DNA of 63,433 bases from positions 20,708,001-20,771,433 of the forward strand of contig OZ360255.1 of NCBI GenBank assembly GCA_977017645.1, read 5' to 3'. The stretch's first letter is position 1; every line of letters begins with the position of its first letter. The position numbers were made by a program, and so were the translations under genes. This DNA comes from Torpedo marmorata (taxonomy: Eukaryota). The notes beneath the pieces are model-generated. The model did no database searches and was not told where the DNA came from. It saw nothing but the letters and a program-made list of their open reading frames with translations. Positions 23,840 through 35,727 of the stretch are shown piece by piece.

Positions 23840-24389
23840 TCATGGCTTGGCTTCGCGAATGAAGATTTAGGAAAGATCGTAGACATAGGCATGTCCTTCG
23901 AGCCTGCGCAATGGATTTTTTAGGTGGAGTGCAGTGTGTGCAGAACTGGACCCACCCTTTACACCCGGGGTTTATCTGCCATGGCCTAGCAAGCTGGGAT
24001 GGTGACAGCCAGGTCCTCGGGTTGTAGGTGTTACGTCGGAGTGTCCTTCTCCTAGATGGATGGCCTGACGAGGCTAACGAGCCCCATCTGCCCGGGTTTG
24101 AAATGAGGTTTCCTTCTCTTAGGCTGGCTGACAACCAAGGCTAACGAGCCCAGCCGACCCATCCAGTTATACCGCCGGACACTCGGTCGCTCCATGACGT
24201 AGCAAACTCAGTGAAAACGGGGGACACCTCGAGAAGGTGTTGCTTCGGACGCAGTAATGTAGGAGAGGCCATTTGCAGTGACCTCCTGCCCGGCAAACCA
24301 GACTGTGGTCACGCGGCGATCACTACACCGAGAAAGGAGAGGCGATGTATTACACGTGAACTTTCCCTGGGTGAGCGGGACATCAGGCC
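23840..24389 (-). mobile_element. Non-autonomous RTE-clade derivative (5' UTR joined to 3' tail)
   Basis: Perfect 13-bp TSD CAGGTACATAAGA; two copies of ...CTA(G/A)GAGAAGGA RTE 5'-UTR-like motif; tail AAATCTTCATTCGCGAAGCCAAGCCATGA; no ORF. Confidence 0.7.
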
Positions 24390-25003
24390 CAGGTACATAA
24401 GAGACACCATCAACAATTGTATGAATTAAATTACAACATGCCATGAGAGGAATAAAGAGATGATACATTTTATCCCGCAGAAAAAAGAACCTCAGGGTTG
24501 TATGTGATGTCATGTATGTACTCTGACAATAAATCTGAACTTTGAAGCTTTGAAATATAACAGGATAGATAAATAAATATTCACAGTTGCAGTTAGTGCA
24601 AAACACAAGTGATGTTTCAATAGTGCAGACAGATCTTTTGGTGGTCCTGACGTGGTTTAAAGTTTAGGCTTAGGGTTTAAGAGCTAATTGGGAACAAAAT
24701 CTGTTCTTGAAGCTGGAGGGGCTGGATTTCAGGCTTCTGTACCTTCTGCCTGGAGGTAGCAACAAGAAGAGGTTGTGACCAGGGTGACGGGGGTCTTTCG
24801 CAATGTTGACTGCCTTCTCACACAGATATTTTCAGTGCATGTCAGGTCGGTGCCCGTTTGGGACTTGGCGAAGTTTGCCACTTCCTGCAGTCTTCTGTAT
24901 TGCTCAGGGCTTGAGTTTCTGAGCCAGTGCCTGTGTTAGTAGTGTCAAAGAAAGGCTGAGGATTGCCCAGGACACGGGGATGATTGATTTAAATGGTTTT
25001 TTT

Positions 25004-25223
25004 TACAGCACGGTAGAAGCTGATTCTGGCCATTTAAACGCGCGCCGCCCGATTACACCCAAATTAACCTACAACCCCGTGCGTTTTGGGAGGTGGGAGG
25101 AAACCGGAGCACCCAGGGAAAACCCACGCAGACACGGGGAGAACGTACAAACTTCTTGCAGACAGCGCCGGATTCAAACCCAGGTCGCTGGCGCTGTAAT
25201 AGTATCGCGCTAATCGTGCCGCC
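25004..25223 (-). mobile_element. V-SINE
   Basis: tRNA head + V-domain + tail. Confidence 0.85.
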
Positions 25224-25697
25224 TGCAGTTTATGGGAATAGTTCCAGGGCCCACCTGAAAGGGCATGCAGGGCCTTCTTTAACAGGCCAGACAGCATCTA
25301 TGGAGAGAGAAACAGGTAATGGTACAGGTCACAAAATCTTTCCCAAGTCTTGAACCTGAAACCTTAGAACTCTGTTTCTCCTTCCACCACCCCTGACTGA
25401 CCTGCTGTTTCCACTGTTGTACCAGTTCCTTTGTTCCATCTGCAGCTTCTTTTGATTTACACATTGTTCGATTATCCAAATGATGTCATCTAGACTTCAC
25501 TCATGACACGGGACAACAAATTTTTTCAAAAGATTTGCTTCCTGAAAACAAATGGGGATTATGATAAACAACATCAAGTTGAACACAAAGATAATTTCAG
25601 ATTTGCTGTATCACGTAGGAAGTTGGAGAAACATTAAATTAACTTTTATTGAATTGAGCCTTAAGTGCATACTCGCCACAAATGTAACAGAATGTAT

Positions 25698-26517
25698 CAG
25701 ATTCAGAATCAGAATTTATTGTCATGAACAAGTCATGAAATTCAGTGTTTTGCGGCAGCATCATAGTGCAAACATTCATATTATAACCATCTTACGACAT
25801 TACTATAAGAAATTATAAATAATAGTGCACGAAAAGTAAGGCAGTGTCTTTGGTTCATTGATTATTCAGGAATCTGATGGCAGCGGGGAAGAAGCTTTCC
25901 TTGTGCCGTTGAGTGCTCGACTTTAGGCTCCTGTACCTTTTTCCCGATGGTAGCAGAGTGAAGAGGGCATGGCCTGGGTGGTGGGGGTCTTTGAGGATAG
26001 AGGCTGCTTTTTTGAGAATCCGCCTTGTGTAGATGTCCTCGATGGAGTGAAGTTTGGTGCCTGTGATGTCACAGGCCGAGTTAACAACCCTCTGGAGTTT
26101 ATTCTTGTCCTGAGAGTTGTCACCTCCATACCAGGCAGTGATGCAACCAGCCAGAATGCTCTCCACGGTACACCTGTAGAAGTTTACGAGAGTCTTTGGT
26201 GACATACCGAATCTCCTCAGACACCTCACAAAGTATAGCCGCTGGTGAGCCTTCTTTGTGATTGCATCAACGTGGAGGCTCCAGGACAGATCCTCGGAGA
26301 TGTTGACACCCAGGAATTTGAAGTTCTTGACCCTCTCCACGACTGAGCCCTCAATGAGGACTGGGTCATGTTCCCCTGACTTCCTCCTGAAGTCCACAAT
26401 CATCTCCTTGGTTTTGCTGACATTGACGCAAGGTTGTTGTCGTAACACCATTCAACGAGCTGATCTATCTCTCTCCTGTACGCTTCCTCATTGCCGTTTG
26501 TGATTCTGCCAACAGCT
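25698..26517 (-). mobile_element. Rex1/Babar-like LINE 3' fragment
   Basis: NVSKTKEMIVDFRR...FKFLGVNISEDLSW...LLPSGKRYRSL. Confidence 0.9.
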
Positions 26518-26590
26518 GTCACAGCTGTTGCGACATTGACAAAACATTTCTGCTGTATTGAATCTTCCTGAAGACAATAAATGCTATTGT

Positions 26591-27176
26591 TCTGTCCTGG
26601 AGCCTCCACGTTGATGCAATCACAAAGAAGGCTCGCCAGTGGCTATACTTTGTGAGGTGTCTGAGCAGATTCGGTATGTCACCGAAGACTCTCGTAAACT
26701 TCTACAGGTGTACCGTGGAGAGCATTCTGGCTGGTTGCATCACTGTCTGGTATGGAGGCGACAACTCTCAGGACAAGAATAAACTCCAGAGGGTTGTTAA
26801 CTCGGCCTGTGACATCACAGGCACCAGACTTCACTCCATCGAAGACATCTACATGAGGCGGTGTCTTAAAAAAGCAGCCTCTATCTCAAAGACCCCCACC
26901 ACCCAGGCCATGCATTCTTCACTCTGCTTCCATCGGGAAAAAGGTACAGGAGCCTAAAGATGAGCACTCAACGGCACAAGGACAGCTTCTTCCCCGCTTT
27001 CATCAGATTCCTGAATAATCAATGAACCAAAGACAATGCCTTACTTTTCGTGCACTATTATTTATATTTTTTTATAGTCATGTCGTATGATGCTTATAAT
27101 ATGAATGTTTGCACTATGATGCTGCCGCAAAACACCGAATTTCATGACTTGTTCATGACAATATATTCTGATTCTG
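26591..27176 (+). mobile_element. Rex1/Babar-like LINE 3' fragment (same subfamily, opposite orientation)
   Basis: Inverted homolog of 25711-26288. Confidence 0.9.
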
Positions 27177-27419
27177 TTAAGTACACAGAATCAACATGCA
27201 TTCAATCTATATCAATGTAATGCACAGCATCTGTATATGTGAACTGCTTTTATAGCCTTTCTGCATCTATCCTGACTAAACATGCCCAGGCCTAAGACAT
27301 TTGCATAGCACCTGCACTGAGTACATGCCCATCAATGCTTGGACTGACCAAAACAGCTTGCCTTGTAGGCAATATACTAGCAGACTTAAAATATGACAGG
27401 AAATCACAAAAAATAGGTT

Positions 27420-30400
27420 CACAAGATCACAAGATCACAAGATAAAGGAACAGAAGTAGGCCATTCGGCCCATCGAGTCTGCTCCGCAACTCCACCCTGA
27501 GCTAAACTGTTCTCACATCTGATTCCAATTTCCGGACTTTTCCCCATATCCCTTGATACCCTTACCAATCAGATACCTATCAATCTCCTCCTTAAAATCC
27601 CCCAATGATCGGGCCTCCACAGCTGTATGTGGCAATGAATTCTACAAATCCACGACCCTCTGGCTAAAGAAATTCCTCTTCATCTCTGTTCTAAATGGGT
27701 ACCTTCTAATTCTAAGACTGTGCCCTCTTGTCCTGGATTCACCCACCAAGGGAAACATCTTATTTCCATCTACTCTGTCCAATCCTTTCAGTATTCAAAA
27801 TGTTTCTATGAGATCCCCCCTCATTCTTCTATACTCCAATGAATACAGTCCAAGAGCCGCTAAACATTCCTCATATGTTAGCCCTTGCATTCCAGGAATC
27901 ATCCTGGTAAATCTTCTCTGTACTCTCTCCAACATTATTACATCCCTTCTAAGATAAGGGGCCCAAAACTGCACACAGTACTCCAAATGAGGTCTCACTC
28001 ATGCCCCACAGAGCCTCATCAACACCTCTTTACACTTATACACTATTCCTCTTGAAATGAATGCCAACATAGCATTCGCTTTCTTTACTGCCGATCCAAC
28101 CTGGTGGTTAACCTTTAGGTTATCCTGCACGATGACCCCCAAATCCCTTTGCACTTCCGAATTTTGAATTTTCTCCCCATCCAAATAATAATCTGCCTGT
28201 TTATTCCTCTTCCAAAATGTACAACCGTACATTTCTCAACATTGTATCTCATCTGCCATTTCTTTGCCCACTCTCCTAAGCTGTCCAAGTCTCTCTGCAA
28301 CCTTTCGGTTTCTTCAGCACTTCCTACTCCACCACCTATCTTGCTTTCATCTGCAAACTTAGCCACAAAACCATTCAATCCGTAATCTAAATCATCAATA
28401 TTCATTGTAAAAAGAAACGGCCCCAACACCGACCCTTGCGGAACACCACTAGTAACCGTCCCTTTATTCCCACCCTTTGCTTCCTGCCTATCAACCAATG
28501 CTCCACCCAATCTAATATCTCTCCTGTAATTCCATGGGCTCTCATCTTATTAAGCAGCCTCTTATGCGGCACCTTATCAAAGGCCTTTTGAAAATCCAAA
28601 TACACAACATTTACAGCCTCTCCCTTGACCATCCTACTTGAGATCACCTCAAAAAATTGCAATAGGTTGGTCAGGCAGGATCTTCCCTTCATGAAACCAT
28701 GCTGGCTTGGACCTATCATGTCATTCACCTCGAGGTATTTCATAACCTCGTCCTTGAGGATCGACTCCAATATCTTACCAACTGCCGACATCAGACTAAT
28801 AGGCCTATAATTTCCTTTTTTCTGCCTCCCTCCTTTCTTAAACAGCGGAACTACCTTTGTGAAATAAAACACGAAAATCTGTAGACACTGTGGTTGAAGT
28901 AAAAAACACAAATGCTGGAGAAACTCAGCAGGTCAAACAGTGACTTTTATGTAGCAAAGGTAGAAATACATAACCGACGTTTCGGGCTTGAGCCCTTCAT
29001 CAAAGTATGAGAAAATGCCGGCAGGCGTCCGAACAAAAGAGTGAGGGGGGGAAGGGGGGGAGTGGCAAAGTCAGGAGATGATAGGTGGAGAAAGGAGGGA
29101 GGGGACAGCAGCAAAGAGGGGGAAGAGGGATGGCTGGGTGGGTGGAAAAAAACAGGAAGGACAGGTGAGGGGGGAGGGGAAGGAAAAGACAAGCAGGTTT
29201 AGTGGAAAGCAGAAAAGTCAATGTTAATGCCATCTGGCTGGAGAGTGCCCAGACGGAAAATGAGATGTTGTTCCTCCAATTTGTGGGTAGTCTGTGTGGG
29301 ATAGTACATAAGGCCATGGACAGACATGTGAGTGTGGGAGTGTGACTCGGAATTGAAATGGCTGGCTACTGGGAGGTCGCTGTTGTTGCGGACGGAGAGG
29401 AGGTGCTCAGCAAAGCTATCTCCCAATCTACGACCGGTCTCTCCGATGTAGCCACAAAGGGAGCAGTAAATAAGTTCTCTGGATGTAAAAGTGAAGTGTA
29501 GCTTCACTTGAAAGGCCTGTTTGGAGCCACGGACTGTGGTGAGGGGGGAGGTGTGGGCGCAGGTGTTGCACCTCCTGTGGGCATAGGGGAAGGTGCCGGG
29601 GGTGCGATGGGTGGGGAGGGATGAGTGCACGAGGGAATCACGGAGGGAGCGGTCCCTGCGCAAGGCCGAGAGGGGAGGAGAAGGAAAAATGTATCTGGTG
29701 GTGGGATCCTGTAGTAAGTGCCGGAAATTCCGGCGGATAATGTGTTGGGTGCGGAGGCTGGTGGGGTGGTAGGTAAGGATGAGGGGGATTCTATGTTTGT
29801 TGCGTCTGGGGGCAGGGGGGCCCAGGGCAGATGAGCAGGAAATGGAGGAGATGCGGGTGAGGGCTGAGTTGATGGTGGTGGAGGGGAAGCCACGCTTGTG
29901 GAAGGATGGTGGTGGAGGAGAAGCCACGTTTGTGGAAGATGGCAAGCTACATTTGCGACCTTCCAATCCTCCGAAACCATGTCAGAGTCTATTGGTTTCT
30001 GGAAAATCATTTTCAATGCCTCCACAATCTCCAAAGCCACCTCCTTCAGAACCCGTGGGTGCACATCATCCGGTCCGGGAAACTTATCTCTCTTTAGTCC
30101 ATTCAGCTTTCCAAGCACTATCTCTCTAGTAATCCTAACTGTGCTTAATTCTATTCCCTGAGACCTCTATCAGGTATATTGCTATTGTCTTCCTCAGTGA
30201 AGACTGACGCAAAATACTCATTTAGTTCCTCTGCCATCTCTTTGTTACCCATTATAATTCCTCCAACATCATTTTCAATCGGTCCTATATCTACCCGTGT
30301 CTCACTTTTACCCTTTATATATGTATTTTAAAAACTCAGTATCCTTTTGTATGTTATTTGCCAACTTCCTTTCATAATTGATCTTTTCTTTCCTAATGAC

Positions 30401-30884
30401 TTTCTTTGTCTCTTTCTGTAGGTTTTTAAAAGTTTCCCAGTCCTCTGTTTTTCCACTAGTTTTTGCTTCTTTGTATGCCCTCCCTTTTGCTTTTATTTTC
30501 ACCTTAACCTCTCTAGTAATCCACATTTGTGCCATTTTTCCATTCATAATTTTCTTTTTTCTTGGAATATATTTATCCTGCACTTTCTTTATTTCTTGTA
30601 GAAATATAATCCAACGTTGCTCTGCTGTCCCTCCATCTAGCTTACTTTTCCAGTCAACTTGGGCCAGTTCTTCTCTCATACCACTGTAATTTCCTTTGTT
30701 CCACTGAAATATTGACACACCTGATCTCAGCTTTCCCTTTTAAAATTTGAAACTGAACTCAATCATATTCCAAAACCGCCGATCCCCTGGTGGGCTTATT
30801 GACAAGCTGTTCCAAAAAGCCATCCCTTAGGCATTCTACAAACTTTCTCTCCTGAGATCCAGTACCTTCCTGACTTTCCCAATC
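27420..30884 (-). mobile_element. Long CR1/HER1-like LINE fragment with RT, interrupted by a PLE
   Basis: GNYRPISL, QHGFMKGRSCLTNL, YLDFQKAFDKVPH, GVPQGSVLGP, KFADE, RPHLEYCVQFWAP; (CACAAGAT)n tail. Confidence 0.92.
28863..29946 (-). mobile_element. PLE (linker + GIY-YIG + tail with hammerhead motif)
   Basis: ORF 29199-29966; ~12-bp duplication CTAC(C/A)TTTG(T/C)GA at 28851-28862 and 29947-29958. Confidence 0.9.
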
Positions 30885-31486
30885 TAAAAAACGGTGCGTG
30901 ATAGGAAATGTTAAGGTGAATTTTGTGATCAGCAGCCCAAAATCTTCGTTGTCCAGTGTTATTAACCCTCCTTGTTGCCTATGTTAATGTTCCTTTCATT
31001 TTTACAAAGTGTTGTGTGATTGTAAAGGCAAAATAAAATACTTTACTGAAAGCAGATATTGGCAAGAACTTCTTTCAAAGGGTGATAAATGTTTGAAATA
31101 ATCTCTTGGACAAGATTCTGGAAAAATAGTCCGTGGGGCTATTCAGGGTACAGTTGGATATTACATTTTCTGGGTTAGTGCACTACAGAGAATAATTCTG
31201 ATGTGCTAAATGGTTTGTTGATGTGCTAAAATTCTTCAACTTGTTTTTATTTTATGAGACATGCCACCCGATCCTTCTCAGTATTGTTATATCCCACTGT
31301 AGGTTGGAAATGTAATGTGCCTTCATGCTAAGGGAGTGAAGATTAGCTTTACTTTATCATTTGAAGCTCGCCTAGACAGTTCACGGGCATCTGTGGAGCA
31401 GTTCAACAGAAAGTTCTGGAAAGACCACAGCGGCAGGCTCGGCTTGCCACAATAATCTGCCTCATGACTCAACCGTAATGCTGCTT

Positions 31487-31692
31487 GTAGTAAAAACACA
31501 GAAAGGCTTCAGGAACTCAGCAGGTCTTGCAGTGTCCACAGGAGGTAAAGATATACAGGTATTACCGACATTTGGGACCTGAGCCCTTCTTCAAGGTACG
31601 AGTTGCTCCGCTGCGAAATCTCTTCGAGGGATGCCTGCCCTGAAGAAGTTCTCCTCCTCTCACAGCGTCTGCAGAACTTTCGTGTTTTACTC
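31487..31692. mobile_element. Short PLE remnant with inverted tail
   Basis: Minus-strand tail 31487-31600 joined to plus-strand terminal extension ending TTTCGTGTTTTACT. Confidence 0.65.
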
Positions 31693-31699
31693 TGTAATG

Positions 31700-32128
31700 T
31701 TAAGTCAAGTCAAGTCAAGTTTATTGTCATCTGATTGTACAAGTCCAACCCGATGAAACAGTGTTCTCCGGTCCTCGGTGCAAAACATGCAGACACACAA
31801 CCAGACATAACACACACACAGACAAACAATACACATGCAGGAATAAGTATTTCATCTATACAAATAAATAAATCAATGTTGTTTCATGAATATGAGTTTC
31901 GGATGGTTAGTATGAGCAGTTCCTTTGTTCGTTAAGCATTCTCACTGCCTGTGGGAAGAAGCTGTTCCTCAGCCTGGTGGTGCTGGCTCTGATACTCCTG
32001 TATCTCTTCCCCGACGGGAGCAGCTGAAAGATGCTGTGTGCAGGGTGGAAGGGGTCCTCGATGATTTTGCGAGCCCTCTTCAGACAACGATCCCGGTAGA
32101 TCACGTCGATGGTGGGGAGGGTGACTCC
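31700..32128 (-). mobile_element. Rex1-like LINE 3' fragment
   Basis: RCLKRARKIIEDPFHPAHSIFQLLPSGKRYR; (AAGTC)n tail. Confidence 0.85.
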
Positions 32129-32474
32129 ATGCTTAAAATGCTGCTTGCACTGAGTGTAAAGTGAGCAGATTTCACGAATGGGACTTCCATTCCCCAGTCA
32201 GAGCAAGAACATTTCGTGACAATCTAATTTGCTTAACCACCAATGTAATCCTTTTCAAAGAATGGTCACTTGGCGTTGCAATGCTTTGTGTTTGTAGGTT
32301 ACACAGGAGGTTTTGAGGATCACGGAGAGGGTTGGGGTTCAGGTTCAGGCACATCTGCCAATTAAAAATCAGAATGTGCAAAGGAGTAAAGCGAGAGTGC
32401 ACAGAGACATCGGAGTGGTTGTGGCTGGTGGAGGATTCGGAGCTGAGGAGGGGCAAGGATATGGAGAGTTCTGT

Positions 32475-33034
32475 AGACTTTCTACAGGAGCTCTATCGAG
32501 AGCGACCTGACCGGCTGCATCACAGTGTTGCACGGTTGTTGCAGAGAAATGGATCGGAGGTCAATCCACAGGACCATAAGAGCGGAAGAGAGGATCACTG
32601 GGTCTCCCTCCACACCCCCCACCCCCATCGATGTGATCTACCAGGATCGTTATCTGAAGAGGGCGCGCAAAATCGTTAAGGACCCCATCCGCCCCGCACA
32701 CAGCATCTTTCAGCTGCTCCCATCAGGAAAGAGATTCAAGAGTATCAGAGCCAGAACCACCAGGCTGAGAAACAGCTTCTTCCCACGGGCAAGCAGACTG
32801 CTGAATGACTGATGAACTGCTCACACTGCTTATACAATCTCTCCAAGAATCTATTATTATTTAACAATATTGATTTATTTTTATATATATGTACTGCATA
32901 TAAATCACTTGTAAATATGTGTGCTATGTCTATCTATGTGTATGCATGATTTTACACCGAGGTCCGAAGAATGCTGTTACGTCCAGTTGTACTTTACAAT
33001 TGTATGATAAATAATAAAGTTGAACTTGAACTTG
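32475..33034 (+). mobile_element. Rex1-like LINE 3' fragment
   Basis: Same coding motif with a different tail variant. Confidence 0.8.
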
Positions 33035-33074
33035 AAAAGAGGAATTTTAGGGATAGGAAATTGGGCAAAAACGC

Positions 33075-33460
33075 ACTCAAATGCTGGAGGAACTCAGCCG
33101 GTGTTGCAGCGTCCATAGGAGGTAAAAATATACAGTATTGCTGATGTTTCGGGCCTGAGCCCTTCTTCAAGGAATAAGCAAAAAACAGGAAAGGTCAGAA
33201 TAATGCATATGCTGGCCTTGGGAGGAGTCCAGACCAACAAAAGGTGTTAATTGGATACGATAAGAGAAGAGGTGAGAATTGATTTTGGTTCTGTGAAAGG
33301 AGACAGAGGGAAAAGGGGAGAGAGACAGAGCTGGGGGAAAGGCGATTGAGGGAAGAAGTGGGGTGGGGGGGGGGGCAGTTTAACGAAAGCCAGAGAAGTT
33401 GATGTTAAGGACATCTGGTTGGTGGGTGTCCAGACGGAAGATGGAATATTGGGTAGCCTG
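33075..33460 (-). mobile_element. PLE tail (second subfamily)
   Basis: TTGAAGAAGGGCTCAGGCCCGAAA variant; homolog of 56265-56628. Confidence 0.75.
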
Positions 33461-34091
33461 GTACTGAGCAGCATTGAGCATTTTGCCAAATCATTAGTTC
33501 TCCCATTTCACAAAAACCACGCATTGTTCTGAGCTTTATTTGCTGTAAAATGATGCATAAAATGCTTTCATTGGACCTTTGGCTTTTACCTGTGAGGACG
33601 AGTGTTGGTTTCACTTCCAGTGCTTTCCATTTTGGCTGTGCTGAACAGATCTCTAAAGCATGATGTGCAGTCTCGGCAAGCGAGATCAATCCCTGGAGAC
33701 ATTAGAGTCGCCATATGCCATATTCTGGAGCAAAAAGCCATCTGCTGGAGGAACTCAGTGAGTCAGGCAGTGTCCATGGAGGGAAAGCATCAGGTGGGGG
33801 TTTTGAGTTGAGATCCTGCATCAGGGGACAGAGAGTATTGAGGGAAAATAGCCCTGTGTAAAGAAGTGAGAGGGAGTGGTGAGAGGGGCTGGCAGGTGAC
33901 AGGTGGAACCAGGTGAGGAGAGGGGATGATAGTCAGATGGTGAAGGAGGGGAAAGGGTGGAGTTGAGAAACAGCGGCAAGTAGGTGATAGAGGCAGTTAA
34001 GGAGAGAGAAAAAAAGGATGGAGTGAGGAGGAGGGAGGGGTGAGTGGAGGTGGAGACAAGAGGCCAGAAGGTGATAAATGGAGGCACAAAT

Positions 34092-34365
34092 GGTGGAACA
34101 GGTAGCATAGCGGTTAGCGCAACGCTGTTACAGCGCCAGCGACTGGTGTTCGAAAACGGCGCTGTCTGTAAGGAGTTTGTATGTCCTTCCCATGTCTGCG
34201 TGGGTTTCCTCTGAGTGCTCTGGTTTCCTCCCACCGTAGTAAAACATACAGAGTTTGTAGGTTAATTGGGGTATTTGGGCAGCACAGACTCGTGGGCCGG
34301 AAGAGTCTGTTACCGTGCTGCATATCAAAATTTAAATTAAAAAATTTAAATTTAAATTAAAAAAT
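34092..34365 (+). mobile_element. V-SINE inside an older PLE-tail remnant
   Basis: tRNA head, V-domain, AT-rich tail. Confidence 0.8.
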
Positions 34366-34739
34366 GCTGCAGAGTCTGATAAATAAGAAAGGTGATCGGT
34401 GAAACCAGGCCAGGGAGGAACGATGGCAGGTGGAACCCATTGGGGATGGGGATATCCCACCGGGATCCATCTGTTCTCGAACATTCCACCTTTGTCATCA
34501 CTGTATAGCTAGGGATAAATTTCTAAAAACAGGGAAGTGAATTTTCGGGATAGAATATTAACAGCATGGTACAAGAGCTGGGTACGTTTCTGAAAGGAAA
34601 GACATTTCAGAGTTACATGGAAGGTTGGGGAAAGGGGAAACAGAATTACTCGTGTACAGAACAGGACTCAATAAGCCAAATGGTCTCCTTTTTTGCTGTC
34701 CCAGTCTCTAATTCTATGAAGTAGTTTTTGGTAAGAAAA

Positions 34740-35178
34740 GACCATAAGATGATAAGACGTAGGAGCAGAAATAGGCTATTCAGCCCATCGAGTCTGCCCT
34801 GCCATTCAATCATGAGCTGATTCATTTTCCCACTCAGCCCCACTGCCCGGCCTTCTCCCCATAACCTTTGATGCCCCGGCTAATCAAGAACCTGTCAATC
34901 TCTTCCTTAAATACACCCAATGACTTGGCGTCCACAGCCGCCTGTGGCAACAAATTGCACAGATTCACCACCCTCTGTCTAAAGAAATTCCTCCGCATCT
35001 CTGTTCTAAGCGGACACCCTTCAATCCTGTAGTTGTGCCCTCTTGTCCTTGACTCTCCCTCCGTGGGAAACAACCTTTCTACATCTACTCTGTCCATGCC
35101 TTTCAACATTCAAAATGTTTCAATGAGATCCCCCCCATTCTCCTAAATTCCAACGAGTACAGGCCAAGAGCCGTCAAA
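34740..35178 (-). mobile_element. CR1 3' fragment
   Basis: KGMDRVDVERLFP...TRGH...RRNFFRQRVVNL. Confidence 0.88.
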
Positions 35179-35376
35179 GGAATGATAGCAAATCGGAGAA
35201 GATTGTTGGGTTGAAACGTTGCCACAAACATCTACATTGTTTGTGATGCTAGGCTTGTTAGGTGGAAAATTCCACATCCAAAGAATCTGGTGCAGAATCA
35301 TGTTTAAATTCAATACATTTTAATTTATTTCATGCTGTTAAAAATTAAGGAGCAATAATTTTTTGCTTGTAAAATC

Positions 35377-35411
35377 CTGACTGTAATTTGTTCTCCATCT
35401 TGTCGATGCAG
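35377..35411 (+). promoter_or_regulatory. Probable branch point / splice acceptor of the ELFN2 coding exon
   Basis: CTGAC followed by TTTGTTCTCCATCTTGTCGATGCAG|G, 316 nt upstream of the ATG; inferred. Confidence 0.5.
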
Positions 35412-35727
35412 GGATTACTGATGATGGAATGTTTGGACATCCTGGGACATCTCCCTTCAGAGTGAGGATCCAAGAATGAACCATTGCTAAAAAGAATGGG
35501 CTTGAATTGATCCTTTTGAAAAAGCGAAAAGATCGCAGGAAGAACAGAATTAACTTTGACTCCTTCTTCTTCACATGACTTTTATTTATCAAGTGCTTCC
35601 GTTTGTAAAAGCAATGAACACACCGATTCCTGGAACTGGCCTGATACTGCTGGCTATACCTGAAACTAAAGGTTGCCACTAGTTACGTTTAGACTTTGCT
35701 CAAAGGTCAGTGGCTGTCTTCTCAACA

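Larger units (their letters stand above)
25507..30958 (-). mobile_element. Chapaev3 non-autonomous element broken by nested insertions (pieces 25507-25697, 26518-26590, 27177-27419, 30885-30958)
   Basis: Ends CACGGGACAAC / GTTGTCCAGTG; homology to 6815-7600; rejoined pieces encode MFCQCRNSCDTFCYICGEYALKAQ (Chapaev3 N-terminal Cys motif) downstream of CTATAAAAG. Confidence 0.8.

Noticed and set aside
24064-24090. CTGACGAG hammerhead-like core on the + strand
   Set aside because: No GAAA after a stem II; better explained as the antisense of the RTE motif
24190-24250. Possible HDV-like ribozyme in the RTE derivative (ACC-TTCTCGA-GGT hairpin)
   Set aside because: No matching P1 5' strand or P1.1 pairing found by eye
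25698-27176. Rex1 inverted pair as a single fold-back or twin-priming event
   Set aside because: It has two tails and the spacer is host Chapaev3 sequence, so two independent insertions
31611-31660. GAAA...CTGAAGA permuted hammerhead candidate
   Set aside because: Cleavage position would be G and no stem I forms
35710-35727. GTG start giving a 783-aa ELFN2
   Set aside because: Bacterial-style start from the ORF track; ATG 35728 has Kozak context and gives a normal signal peptide
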